IMG/VR virus record: IMGVR_UViG_3300043429_001390
Span: 1 to 58,677 of that record
Direction: 5' to 3' (one strand)
DNA: 58,677 nucleotides
Origin: a virus
Lineage: Duplodnaviria; Caudoviricetes
Positions 27,243 to 36,080 of this stretch are shown in pieces. The translations under genes and the position numbers were made by a program. Position 1 is the stretch's first letter. Each line of letters starts with the position of its first letter. The notes beneath the pieces were generated by a model, which was given only the letters and a program-made list of their open reading frames with translations, searched no databases and was not told the DNA's origin.

Positions 27243-29315
27243 TCAAGCCCCCGTGGGCTCGAAGTTGTCCGTCACAGGGGCACCATCCATCAGCTCCTGG
27301 CCGCCGGGCTTTTCGGCGGGGCCGCCGATCGCGGGGCTGGCGGCGGGCGGCATGCCCTGCTGCATCATCTGCTGGATCTGCTGCTGCACGCGCAGACGCT
27401 GCGGGGGAGGCACCACGTCGTCGGGGTTCACGTCGAGCTGCTTGGCGGTCTCGCGCAGCAGCGTGGCCCGGCCATCGAGGCCCATGATCTGCATGTCGAT
27501 CGGGTTGGCGGTGGCCGCCAGGAACTCGTTGCGCCGCACCTGGGCGGCTTCCTTGGCCAGCACGCTGGAGACGCCGCGCGCCATGATGTTGACGTCACCC
27601 TTGAGCTCGGGGTCCTCGCTGTACTTCATGTTGTGGAAGTACAAGCGCTCCAGCAGCTCGGTCATGGCGCGGTCGATGTTGGCCACCACCTGCTTGATCG
27701 ACTTGTTGGCGTTGTTCATGAGCATGCTCATGCCGGACGCCGTGCGCCCTGCTCCGCCGGTTGGCGAGCTGCCCGTCATGTAGCGCGGCACGCCCGAGTA
27801 CTCGTCGGCCAGGATGGAGAACTTCTCGTAGACCGCCATCAGCTCCTGGGCGTTCGAGTTGGGCTGGAAGAAGCCCACCGGCGCGGCCGAGGAGCCCATC
27901 GGATCGCTCGTGACCTGATGGATCTTCCACGGGTACAGGTTCGTGATGTCCTCGCCCGCGGGGATGCGATCGACGTTGACCCAGACCTGGGGCCCCGAGC
28001 TGATGCCCATGTTGTTGGCCAGGGCCCGGGCTGCCGAGTTGCACATCTCCTGGCAGTCCTTGATGAGGTCGTAGACCGAGTTGCCCCAGAAGGTGCCCGG
28101 CACGTCCTCGTAGGACGCCTTGTAGTACGGCTTGCGCCCCAGCGGGTCGAAGTTCAGCGACGCCTTGATGACCTTGTCGCCGATGAGCCACGCCTCGCAG
28201 GGGTACTGCTTGGCGATGTCGGGCACGTCGGCCTCGGACAGGCCCCAGTCGCGCAGCATCTGGCCAGAGACCATGCCCCAGAACTGGAGCGCGTCGATCA
28301 GGTGCTCGGAGTTCTGCATGACCGCGGTCGTGGACCGGCCCTCGGCCTGCGCCTTGGTCGAGTCGACGATGAGCCACTCCTGCAGGCCGCCGCGGCCATA
28401 GGCCTCGATCACCATGCGGATGGCCTCGTCGTCGTAGCCCTCGACGCCGATCAGCGCCTCCAGGTCGGCTTGGCGCAGCTTGTGGCGCTCGATGAGGTAG
28501 CCGTCCTGAATGCCCGTGGAGGCCGGGCTGGGGTACACCATGAACGGGTCGACGCGCTCCCACTCCATCACGAGGTCGTCCACGACCGAGAGCTGGTAGC
28601 CGCCGGTCAGCGCCGCGTTCCACTTCAGGCGCGGCTTGCGACGGATGATCGGGCCCTTCAGGAACGCGCAGGGGAACGTCGTGAGGTCGTCGATGAAGGC
28701 GTCGATGGCGTTGAGGAACCCGCCCTCGATGAGCTGGTCCTCCATCTTGTCTTCCATGCGGCGCGTGTTGTACTTCGCCTGCTCCTGCAGGTTGTAGACG
28801 TACTCCTCGCGCAGCTCGTTGAGGTAGCGCCGCAACTGGATGGGCGGCAGGGCCTGCCCCGTGGTCTGGATGACCATGGCGACCTGCTGGACCGCGTGCT
28901 GGCGCAGCTCCTCCATCAGCTCCGGCGGCAGCTCCGGCGACGGCGTGGGCCGCAGCGTCCAGGGCTTCTCGCTGCCCTGACCGAGCATGACGTCGCGCAG
29001 CCAGCTCGAAGCGCCGCGGCACTTGTTGCTCATGAGCATCATGTAGATCTCGGAGCCGCCCTGCTCGCGGATCTTGGTCAGGATGTCGGGGTCGTACTCC
29101 CCGCGCCGGGCGCGAACCGCCTTGAACATGCGCGGCTCGACGGTCTGCTCCTTGGCCTTGCGGGCCTCGGTCCAGCACTGACGGACGTGACTCGCCAGAC
29201 CCCTGATGAGGGGCTGGGCCTGTGCGACCTCAGCCGCCTTGCGTTCCTGCTCGGCGATGGCGCTGGCAGACAGGGCCGGGAGGATGCCGCCCACGCTGAT
29301 CCCGAGAGGCTGCAT
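27243..29315 (-). CDS. Portal protein, 690 aa
   Basis: Size and position; ERVDPF..YP, LANNMGISSGPQV, RTASGMSMLM motifs; AAGGAG RBS. Confidence 0.9.
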   Translation of the reverse strand: MQPLGISVGGILPALSASAIAEQERKAAEVAQAQPLIRGLASHVRQCWTEARKAKEQTVEPRMFKAVRARRGEYDPDILTKIREQGGSEIYMMLMSNKCRGASSWLRDVMLGQGSEKPWTLRPTPSPELPPELMEELRQHAVQQVAMVIQTTGQALPPIQLRRYLNELREEYVYNLQEQAKYNTRRMEDKMEDQLIEGGFLNAIDAFIDDLTTFPCAFLKGPIIRRKPRLKWNAALTGGYQLSVVDDLVMEWERVDPFMVYPSPASTGIQDGYLIERHKLRQADLEALIGVEGYDDEAIRMVIEAYGRGGLQEWLIVDSTKAQAEGRSTTAVMQNSEHLIDALQFWGMVSGQMLRDWGLSEADVPDIAKQYPCEAWLIGDKVIKASLNFDPLGRKPYYKASYEDVPGTFWGNSVYDLIKDCQEMCNSAARALANNMGISSGPQVWVNVDRIPAGEDITNLYPWKIHQVTSDPMGSSAAPVGFFQPNSNAQELMAVYEKFSILADEYSGVPRYMTGSSPTGGAGRTASGMSMLMNNANKSIKQVVANIDRAMTELLERLYFHNMKYSEDPELKGDVNIMARGVSSVLAKEAAQVRRNEFLAATANPIDMQIMGLDGRATLLRETAKQLDVNPDDVVPPPQRLRVQQQIQQMMQQGMPPAASPAIGGPAEKPGGQELMDGAPVTDNFEPTGA

Positions 29316-29333
29316 GCCTTACTCCTTGGCGCT

Positions 29334-29498
29334 TCAGTCGGGCAGCAGCGTCGGCTGCACTGCCTGTTCGCTGCCGCTGTCCTGCGAGACCTCGGTCTGC
29401 TGCGTGGTCACGTGGCCAGCTTCGTCCGTGAAGGACTCGGCCAGCCACAGGACCCCGTCGGGGTCTCGGAAGAACACCTCTCCGGTCTTGGTCAGCAT
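29334..29498 (-). CDS. Small hypothetical protein, 54 aa (MLTKTGEVFFRDPDG...)
   Basis: GGAGG RBS, native codon usage, fills the gap before portal; below ORF-track cutoff. Confidence 0.55.
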   Translation of the reverse strand: MLTKTGEVFFRDPDGVLWLAESFTDEAGHVTTQQTEVSQDSGSEQAVQPTLLPD

Positions 29499-29511
29499 CT
29501 GCCCCTCCAGA

Positions 29512-32103
29512 TCAGTCGTGCGCCTTGATCATCACGTAGCCGGCCGTCACGCCGACGCCCGCCGTCGACACCCGGGCCCGGATCAGCGCCGAGTTGATGT
29601 CCACCGCCGTGAGCTGCACCGTGGAGCTGGCCACCGCGGTGAGCGGCGAGCCGATCGCGTACCACGAGGCGCCGTTGTCGTCCGAGCCTTCGAGCTGCAG
29701 GGCCGGCGCGGTCGTGGTGATGGCGCCGACGTTCACGACCATCTGCACCCGGTTGCCCGCATCGCGCGCATCCAGGCTGGGGGTCGTGCTGTTGAGCGTG
29801 GTGAGCACCACGCTGCGGTCGATCAGTTGCCGCACCGGCTCGCTGTTGCTGCTCGACTGCAGGCGGTTGATGGCCCGCGTGAAGCTGGGCGTCGTGCCGC
29901 TCACGGTCTGCACGTAGCGCACTCGGTTGCCGGTCATGCGGATGATCGGCGAGCGGTACATGCCGGTCGCGGTGATGCGCGGGAAGTCGTAGACGCGGAA
30001 CCAGTTGGTGCCCGAATCGTCGCTCTCCTCGATGCTCACATCGAGCGTCGGGGTCGTGCCGGTCACGGCAGTCACCGGGATGCTCACCGAGTAGGCCGTG
30101 CCGAAAGTGGGTGTGAAGGCCGCGGTCGTCGCGGTCGACGTCAGCGCGGCCGAGGCCACGTCGGCAATGATGCCGGGGATGCCCAGGTTGGCCGCCGTGA
30201 CTGCGGAGACCGTGGTCACGCCCGTGACAGTGGTGACCGTGCTGACGGTGGTGACGGTGCCGCTCGACACGGTGACCGCCGGCGTGTTGTTGACCGCCAC
30301 CGGGAGCGAGGCCGCGATGTCGGACGCTGGACGGGATAGAACCTCGACGCGCTGGCGCTCGTAGTCGAACACCCGCACGAAGCTCACCCGCAGGTCCGTG
30401 CGCTTGATGACCGCGCCACCGCAGTTCACGGAGCCGAAATCTGCCGGCAGTGTCATGCTGCCCGAGTACGGCAGCACCAGCGTCAGCGCGGTGGAGACGA
30501 TGTTGGCAACCTTCCACGCGCCGTCCACTCCGACCGTGGCGCCCGCGGTGTTGTCGCGGCAGCCGACCACGTTGACCAGATCGCCGATGCTCAGCCCACC
30601 CCAGGCCGCAGAGCCGGTCAGCACCAGTTGCCGGGTGCCATCGGTAAGCGTCGAAAGAACTGCCGACTGAATCACCTGAGCGACCGCGCCCAGCGCGGAC
30701 ATCAGGTTGCCACCCTGCACCTTGGCGACGTAGCCGCCGTAGGAGGTCACGGTCGAGGCCGTGCCGATCACGATGGTGAAGGTCGTGGCGTCAACCACCG
30801 ACGCGACCGCCGTGGCTGTCAGAAGGTTCGGGAAGCTCGCCGCCGCCTGATCCCGGATCCCGTAGATCACCACCGGGTCTGCAGCAGCCAGACCGTGGGG
30901 GGTGGCCGTGACGACGGTCGCGGTGGTGGTGCCGGTCTTGGTCGCCGACACGATCTGCGCGTTCGGCACCGTGAGGGACTTGTTGTTGACCGCGCGCAGG
31001 CGAAGCTCGTACTCGGCGTCCGGGTCGGGGCACACCTGACTGCGCGCCAGGCGGCTCGTCATGGCGGCAGTGGTGTCGACGGGAGCGTCAGCCCACTGCG
31101 AGCGGTCGGTCTGCACCAGCAGCTTGAACTCGGTTGTGGGCGACCAAGCGTACTGGTAGGCGGCGCTGACCAGGGCGATCGGGGCGGTGGTGCCGAAGGT
31201 GAGCGACTGGTTGCCGGCGATGGCGCCGCTGGGCAGGCCGTCGCCAGACTCGGACCGGATGTACGCGCTGGCGTTGGTGACGGTCGCGTTCTCGAAGATC
31301 ATCGAGACGCCGTTGTTGGCCCGGCCGAGGCGCTCGCGCTGGTAGACGAATCCCTTGGCGCCGGTCGGGTTGGTGATGGTCTGCGAGGCGATCGTGCCGC
31401 CCGGACCGGCCGTGGCCGTGAACTGCGTGGGCGTCGGGGTCGAAGCCACGACCAGCGACGGATAGTTGGCCAGCGGGTTGGAGCAGTCCCGGATGCCGAT
31501 GCAGCGGCCCACGCTCAGGCCGTGGGGCAGCACCGTATCCACCGTCAGGGTGGTCGTAGCCTGGGAGATGCTGCTGATCGCAAGGTCGGAGAACGCCGCC
31601 AGGGGCGTTCCGTTGTCCACCACCTCGACCGCGAACTCCTGCCCCAGCGTGCGCTGCGACATCGACAGGCCGATGGCCACCTCGACGGGCAGGCTGAAGG
31701 CCAGGATCGACTCAAGGCGGCTCTCGGTGCCCGCGCTCAGCGGGTCCTTGGAGATGACGAGGTAGCTCGCGCCGGCAGCGTTGCCATCGACGTAGACCAG
31801 ATCGCCTGAGGCCTTGGTTTCCGTCCACTTGCTGCCGGGGGTGTAGACCTCGAAGGCGTCACGGAACTTGGTCGTGATGTTCTTGGTGTACGCGGAGATC
31901 GGCACGCCGTTGTCGATGCCCTGGACGGCCTGAGCAGACGTGCCATTGACACCAGCCGCCGTGACGCTGCCCGAAGCACCGCCGCCGCCACCTCCGCCAC
32001 CGACGACCGAGACGACCTCGGCGAAGGTGCCATCGCCCATGTCGACGTACTTGACGTCGGGCTTACGGTAGCCGCTACCGTCCTTGAACACAACGTCGGC
32101 CAT
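29512..32103 (-). CDS. Large beta-rich virion-type protein (head fibre/spike candidate), 863 aa
   Basis: Thr/Val/Ser-rich; repeated HGL..G..V.I domains; TVTTV repeats; two SDDxGxxW motifs. Confidence 0.7.
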   Translation of the reverse strand: MADVVFKDGSGYRKPDVKYVDMGDGTFAEVVSVVGGGGGGGGASGSVTAAGVNGTSAQAVQGIDNGVPISAYTKNITTKFRDAFEVYTPGSKWTETKASGDLVYVDGNAAGASYLVISKDPLSAGTESRLESILAFSLPVEVAIGLSMSQRTLGQEFAVEVVDNGTPLAAFSDLAISSISQATTTLTVDTVLPHGLSVGRCIGIRDCSNPLANYPSLVVASTPTPTQFTATAGPGGTIASQTITNPTGAKGFVYQRERLGRANNGVSMIFENATVTNASAYIRSESGDGLPSGAIAGNQSLTFGTTAPIALVSAAYQYAWSPTTEFKLLVQTDRSQWADAPVDTTAAMTSRLARSQVCPDPDAEYELRLRAVNNKSLTVPNAQIVSATKTGTTTATVVTATPHGLAAADPVVIYGIRDQAAASFPNLLTATAVASVVDATTFTIVIGTASTVTSYGGYVAKVQGGNLMSALGAVAQVIQSAVLSTLTDGTRQLVLTGSAAWGGLSIGDLVNVVGCRDNTAGATVGVDGAWKVANIVSTALTLVLPYSGSMTLPADFGSVNCGGAVIKRTDLRVSFVRVFDYERQRVEVLSRPASDIAASLPVAVNNTPAVTVSSGTVTTVSTVTTVTGVTTVSAVTAANLGIPGIIADVASAALTSTATTAAFTPTFGTAYSVSIPVTAVTGTTPTLDVSIEESDDSGTNWFRVYDFPRITATGMYRSPIIRMTGNRVRYVQTVSGTTPSFTRAINRLQSSSNSEPVRQLIDRSVVLTTLNSTTPSLDARDAGNRVQMVVNVGAITTTAPALQLEGSDDNGASWYAIGSPLTAVASSTVQLTAVDINSALIRARVSTAGVGVTAGYVMIKAHD

Positions 32104-32184
32104 AGCAGTACCCACCCCAGAAGTGCACCTGGCGCGATGTTAGCACTTCCTATCACGGGCCGGAAGGCCCCGTCAACAAGTTCC

Positions 32185-33654
32185 TCAGTAAACCCGCTCG
32201 ACCTTCTTGACTTCGCGCCGGCCGGACTGCAGGGCCACCCCTCTCACGTTCATGTCGATGACGCTGTCGGCGTACTGGTTGGCGTCGTGCACGTGGGAGA
32301 ACGAGTTCTTGTCCGGGCGGTCCTCCAGCTCACCGTTCTTCTTGATCTTGTACCGGTAGCCGTAGCGAAAACCCCGGATCAGCGTCTCGCACGAGGGGTC
32401 GATGAGGTACATCGCCTTGCCCTCCAACTGTTGAACGAGCAAGCGTTCGACGGCCTGGATGCGCCGCTCGGGGTCGTTGGTGGGTGGGCGCACGCACTTG
32501 AAGCCGGCCTTCTTCAGCACGTCGACGAGGCTCATCTCGTTCATCTGCTGCTTGGCGAAGCCGGCCGGGTCCGGGGCGCACACGAACGAGCCGCCAGCAA
32601 AGTTGTTGGCGATGAAGGGGTTGAGCCGCGTGCTGATGAACGTCTCGATGCCCATGTTCTCCGCGGTTATCTCCCCCAGGGTCAGCACGCGCCCACGCGG
32701 GTCGCGCTGCTTGAACACCGCTGCGGGCGTGCGGCCGAAGTCCACGCCGATCACGATGGGGTATGACTCCCCGCGGATGTACTTCAGCGGCGTCTCGCTC
32801 ACGTGGAAGTCGTACGTGAAGGTCTTCTCGTAGACCGGCGTGCCGGACAGGGACCGGCCGTACTCCGAGCGCAGGTACACGCGCAGCCAGTCCTCGGTCT
32901 TGCCCGGGATCAGGTTGGGGTAGTAGGCCTTGGGCAGGTGGTCGTAGTTGTCGCACTCGGGGTTGACCGCCCACTCGTTGAGGTCCTTGTCCTCGAAGAC
33001 CTCCTCGGGCTCCTCGCCGTAGAGCTCGACGTAGCGCTCGGGCTTGAGGATGGCAGCCGGCTGCTTGTAGACCGCCCAGTTGCTAGGCGGGTTCTCCATC
33101 TTGTCGTGCCACCACGTGTCCTCATCGGGCATGTTGGTGTCGAAGAGCGCGCAGCTCCGGGTGGGCCCGCCGTCCTTCATCGAGGGGTATCGGTTCAGGC
33201 GCCCCAGCAGGCCGTCCACGACCTCGCTGTGCAGCTCGCGCGCCTCGTTGCCCCACAGGAACGTGGTCTCCAGCGACAGCGCCTTTCGCACGTCGTCCGG
33301 GGTGTCCAGCGCGATGAACAGCCACTCCGACTCCACCCGGGTGCCGTCTGGCAGCGTGGCCATCAGCGTGAAGGTCTTCTCCACGGCCTTCCACACCCCG
33401 GCCTCGCCCGGGGGCAGCCAGTCGAAGACGGTCTTCCTGGTGGTCAGCGCCAACTGGTCGGCGGTGTTTCGCACGATGACAGCCCGGGTCTTCCTCACCC
33501 CGTTCTTGTTCGGGGCCTGCCCGCAGGCAAGGCGCACGAGCTCGTGCACACAGGTCACCGACTTGCCACCGCCCACGGGGCCGGCCAGTACGCGCACGTA
33601 GGCCTCATCGAGCATGAACGCGCGCTGGGTCCTGGTCGGGTCGTAGACGCTCAT
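32185..33654 (-). CDS. terL: Terminase large subunit, 489 aa
   Basis: Walker A GPVGGGKS, VIVRNT, DTN coupling motif, nuclease GVDFGRTP, DPAG, SHVHDANQY. Confidence 0.95.
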   Translation of the reverse strand: MSVYDPTRTQRAFMLDEAYVRVLAGPVGGGKSVTCVHELVRLACGQAPNKNGVRKTRAVIVRNTADQLALTTRKTVFDWLPPGEAGVWKAVEKTFTLMATLPDGTRVESEWLFIALDTPDDVRKALSLETTFLWGNEARELHSEVVDGLLGRLNRYPSMKDGGPTRSCALFDTNMPDEDTWWHDKMENPPSNWAVYKQPAAILKPERYVELYGEEPEEVFEDKDLNEWAVNPECDNYDHLPKAYYPNLIPGKTEDWLRVYLRSEYGRSLSGTPVYEKTFTYDFHVSETPLKYIRGESYPIVIGVDFGRTPAAVFKQRDPRGRVLTLGEITAENMGIETFISTRLNPFIANNFAGGSFVCAPDPAGFAKQQMNEMSLVDVLKKAGFKCVRPPTNDPERRIQAVERLLVQQLEGKAMYLIDPSCETLIRGFRYGYRYKIKKNGELEDRPDKNSFSHVHDANQYADSVIDMNVRGVALQSGRREVKKVERVY

Positions 33655-33821
33655 TGCAGCCGCAGCTCCCCGCTCTCGTACTTCTCGCGCCCATCCAGGC
33701 TGTGGTGGACGTAGACCGACGGGTCGTCCTCCAGTGGTGTCGGGTGGCACCAGCAGCCGACACTGACCTCATGCTCGCGCAGGTCGTTCAGCGGCACGAC
33801 GTGGACGAAGTCTTCCCTCAC
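33651..33821 (-). CDS. Small His/Cys-rich protein, 56 aa
   Basis: HVVPLNDLREH..CWCHP..VHHSLDGRE; GTGA and ATGA overlaps with both neighbours. Confidence 0.65.
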   Translation of the reverse strand: MREDFVHVVPLNDLREHEVSVGCWCHPTPLEDDPSVYVHHSLDGREKYESGELRLQ

Positions 33822-34330
33822 TCGGCCTCCAGCACGTTGACGTCCTGCACGGCCTGGATGGGGCGCGGCCCGTTGGTCATGCTGATGCTCTTGTCGCCCA
33901 GGTTGATCTGGATCGAGAAGCCAGTGCCCGCACCGGCCGGGCCCTTGACCTCCTTGGGTTCGAGGTTGCCGAGCTTGGCGAAGGTCTTCAGGGCCTCCAG
34001 GCGCTGCGGAAGGCTCACTTCGGGCCCCATGGCCTGGATCCACGTCTTGTCGCGCAGCTCCGCGGCCTGCATGGCGGCCATGACCTGGAAAGTGATGCCG
34101 TCCTTGTCCAACTGGGCCCGTTGCGCAGCCAGAGCGACCTGGAAAGGGCGCAATTGGCTCAGCCGCTGGTAGTCCTCGACCGAAAACCCGTACCTGGATG
34201 CCACCACGAGCTCGTCTTCGCGCCCAAGGGCGAGGTAGAAGAGCATTTCAGGGGGTACCGGGGGCAATGAAACCGGCCGAAAGTCCGGTTCGAGGGGTGA
34301 ATCGTCGATTTCGTCGTCACTGGGGCCCAT
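33818..34330 (-). CDS. terS: Terminase small subunit (putative), 170 aa
   Basis: Position upstream of terL; N-terminal HTH-like region; C-terminal GFSIQINLG strand. Confidence 0.65.
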   Translation of the reverse strand: MGPSDDEIDDSPLEPDFRPVSLPPVPPEMLFYLALGREDELVVASRYGFSVEDYQRLSQLRPFQVALAAQRAQLDKDGITFQVMAAMQAAELRDKTWIQAMGPEVSLPQRLEALKTFAKLGNLEPKEVKGPAGAGTGFSIQINLGDKSISMTNGPRPIQAVQDVNVLEAE

Positions 34331-34478
34331 TTTTCGCCTCCGCAGCCTTCCTGACGGCCATCAGGTACTTCTCCAGGGCGGTTCTTACCACGTCAGCGAG
34401 CGGAACCCCCCGTTTCTGGGCGAGTTTCCGGGCCTCGGCGACCAGTTCGTCGGGCAAGAACATGTTGTGGCGCTTCAT
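34317..34478 (-). CDS. Ribbon-helix-helix (CopG/Arc-like) DNA-binding protein, 53 aa
   Basis: MKRHNMFLPDELVAEARKLAQKRGVPLADVVRTALEKYL matches the RHH strand-helix-helix pattern; not in ORF track. Confidence 0.75.
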   Translation of the reverse strand: MKRHNMFLPDELVAEARKLAQKRGVPLADVVRTALEKYLMAVRKAAEAKNGPQ

Positions 34479-34488
34479 CGGCGGGCTT

Positions 34489-34626
34489 TCAGCAGCCGTA
34501 TCCGAGGCAGAACAGCCAGACAGCGACCCTCAGAGCCGCCCCGATCGCGAAGATGCAGAACGCCCACAGGGCGAACAGCGCCATGAGGTTGGCTGTGGCG
34601 TCCCAGAAGTCCCATCGTGCGCGCAT
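34489..34626 (-). CDS. Small membrane protein, 45 aa
   Basis: AAGGAG RBS; MRARWDFWDATANLMALFALWAFCIFAIGAALRVAVWLFCLGYGC is hydrophobic. Confidence 0.5.
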   Translation of the reverse strand: MRARWDFWDATANLMALFALWAFCIFAIGAALRVAVWLFCLGYGC

Positions 34627-35217
34627 CAGTAGCTCCTTGTGCGCCTGGGATGTTAGCACGTGCATGGCAACGTGTGTATGTCGTGGGGGTCGGGTCGCTG
34701 TGGGAGCGCGCCGTCAGGCAGGGGGCGTGGGCGGGTGGGGGGTGGGGCCACCCCGGGGGTCGGGTAGCAGGGCCGCCCTAGGTGTCAGGGCAGCTCCTAA
34801 CGGTAGCAAGCCCGCCGACAGTGGAGAGACCCGGCGTCCAGCGCACGACGCGAATAGCCGGGGGGTGCGAGTAGGTACCCCCATGGGCTCCCAGTGCGGG
34901 GGTTCATGGGACTCTGAGGCCCCGTGGATAGTGACACGCCAACACGTCATGGTGGGCCGGGTCTCATGCCACAACCTGCCCAGCAGGATGGTTTCCGCAC
35001 ACGGATAACCCGCAATCCCGCGGGCCGCGCCGTGTTCCCGGAGTTCCCACAAAAACGTTCCATATCGCGGATTGACGGTTCCGACCAAGCAACTGACCGT
35101 CGCGCCTCGGGAGGCGCAAGTATCCCTGCACCATCAGCTAATGCGCACTCGCAATCACGGGGTGCGCATTGTCGGGCGGTGCCCGAGTCCCCTCAATCAT
35201 TCACTGGAGTACACCAC

Positions 35218-35748
35218 ATGGACATCAAGCAACTCATGCAGGCCATCGGTCGCATCGGCAAGGCCGCGGCCAAGCTGACGAAGGACGTGCAGACCGTCGC
35301 GGTCGAGGCGGCCCTGCACGCCGTCGATCACGGCAACGTGACCCCCGCCAACGAGCTCGTGGAAGCCATCGGCAAGGGCATGCGCCGCGCCTCGCTGCGG
35401 GCGTGGTTCGAGACGAACACCCCGATGTTCATCCCCAAGGGCAAGGACAAGTTCGGGTTCGACTCCGAGCGCGCCAAGGCCATGAAGGCCGAGGACCGTG
35501 CCGCCCTGCGGGAGCGCCTCATGGCCCTGCCCTGGGAGGAGGCCAAGCCCGAGGAGAAGGTCGTCTCCGTGTTCGACGTGTCCGAGGCCTTCGACAAGTT
35601 CATCAAGCGCGTGGAAGGCATGGTGAAGGACGCCAACGTGAGCGTGCGCAACCGCGAGCTGCTGGAGCTGCTCAACCAGCAGGTCTCCATCTACCACGCC
35701 AAGCGCATCCTGGCCAACGTGAAGACCGACGGCGCCGACGAGGAGTGA
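35218..35748 (+). CDS. First early gene, hypothetical helical protein, 176 aa
   Basis: GGAG RBS; strongly biased codon usage from MDIKQLMQ; upstream in-frame extension looks non-coding. Confidence 0.8.
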   Translation: MDIKQLMQAIGRIGKAAAKLTKDVQTVAVEAALHAVDHGNVTPANELVEAIGKGMRRASLRAWFETNTPMFIPKGKDKFGFDSERAKAMKAEDRAALRERLMALPWEEAKPEEKVVSVFDVSEAFDKFIKRVEGMVKDANVSVRNRELLELLNQQVSIYHAKRILANVKTDGADEE

Positions 35749-35760
35749 GCCTAGCGGGTT

Positions 35761-35776
35761 GGCCCCTACGGGGGCC
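35761..35776 (+). terminator. Short hairpin after first early gene (UACG loop)
   Basis: GGCCCC-TACG-GGGGCC. Confidence 0.4.
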
Positions 35777-35804
35777 TTCCCAGTAGGTTTACGAAGGAGG
35801 CAAC

Positions 35805-36080
35805 ATGCCCACCGTGTATCGCGTGACCGCGGGCACCATGCCCGCAAGCGGGCGTCGCACTCAGCCCGATGCGCTCGACTTCGATGCGGTCATCCGTGCC
35901 CGCATCCCCCAGACGGCCACGCGCCCCGGTTACACCGGCGTGCGTGCGGGTGCAACGCTCAAGACCCCGGCCATCTACGCGGCCGCGCGCTCGGGCGGGT
36001 TCCGCTACCCCAACCAGTTCAAGGAGCCGGGCCCCGGCCGGTTCTGGGTGGCCAAGCACGCGAAGGACACTACCCGGTAG
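35805..36080 (+). CDS. Hypothetical basic protein, 91 aa
   Basis: AAGGAGG RBS; stop codon lies inside the first palindrome of the repeat region. Confidence 0.7.
   Translation: MPTVYRVTAGTMPASGRRTQPDALDFDAVIRARIPQTATRPGYTGVRAGATLKTPAIYAAARSGGFRYPNQFKEPGPGRFWVAKHAKDTTR

Noticed and set aside
34785-34870. Twister-ribozyme-like segment CGGTAGCAAGCCCG
   Set aside because: Resembles the P4 loop, but the conserved UAA cleavage loop and the GA plus pseudoknot partner (would need GCTA) are not found in the expected places
34924-35217. N-terminal extension of the 274-aa ORF
   Set aside because: Atypical codons; good RBS sits at ATG 35218
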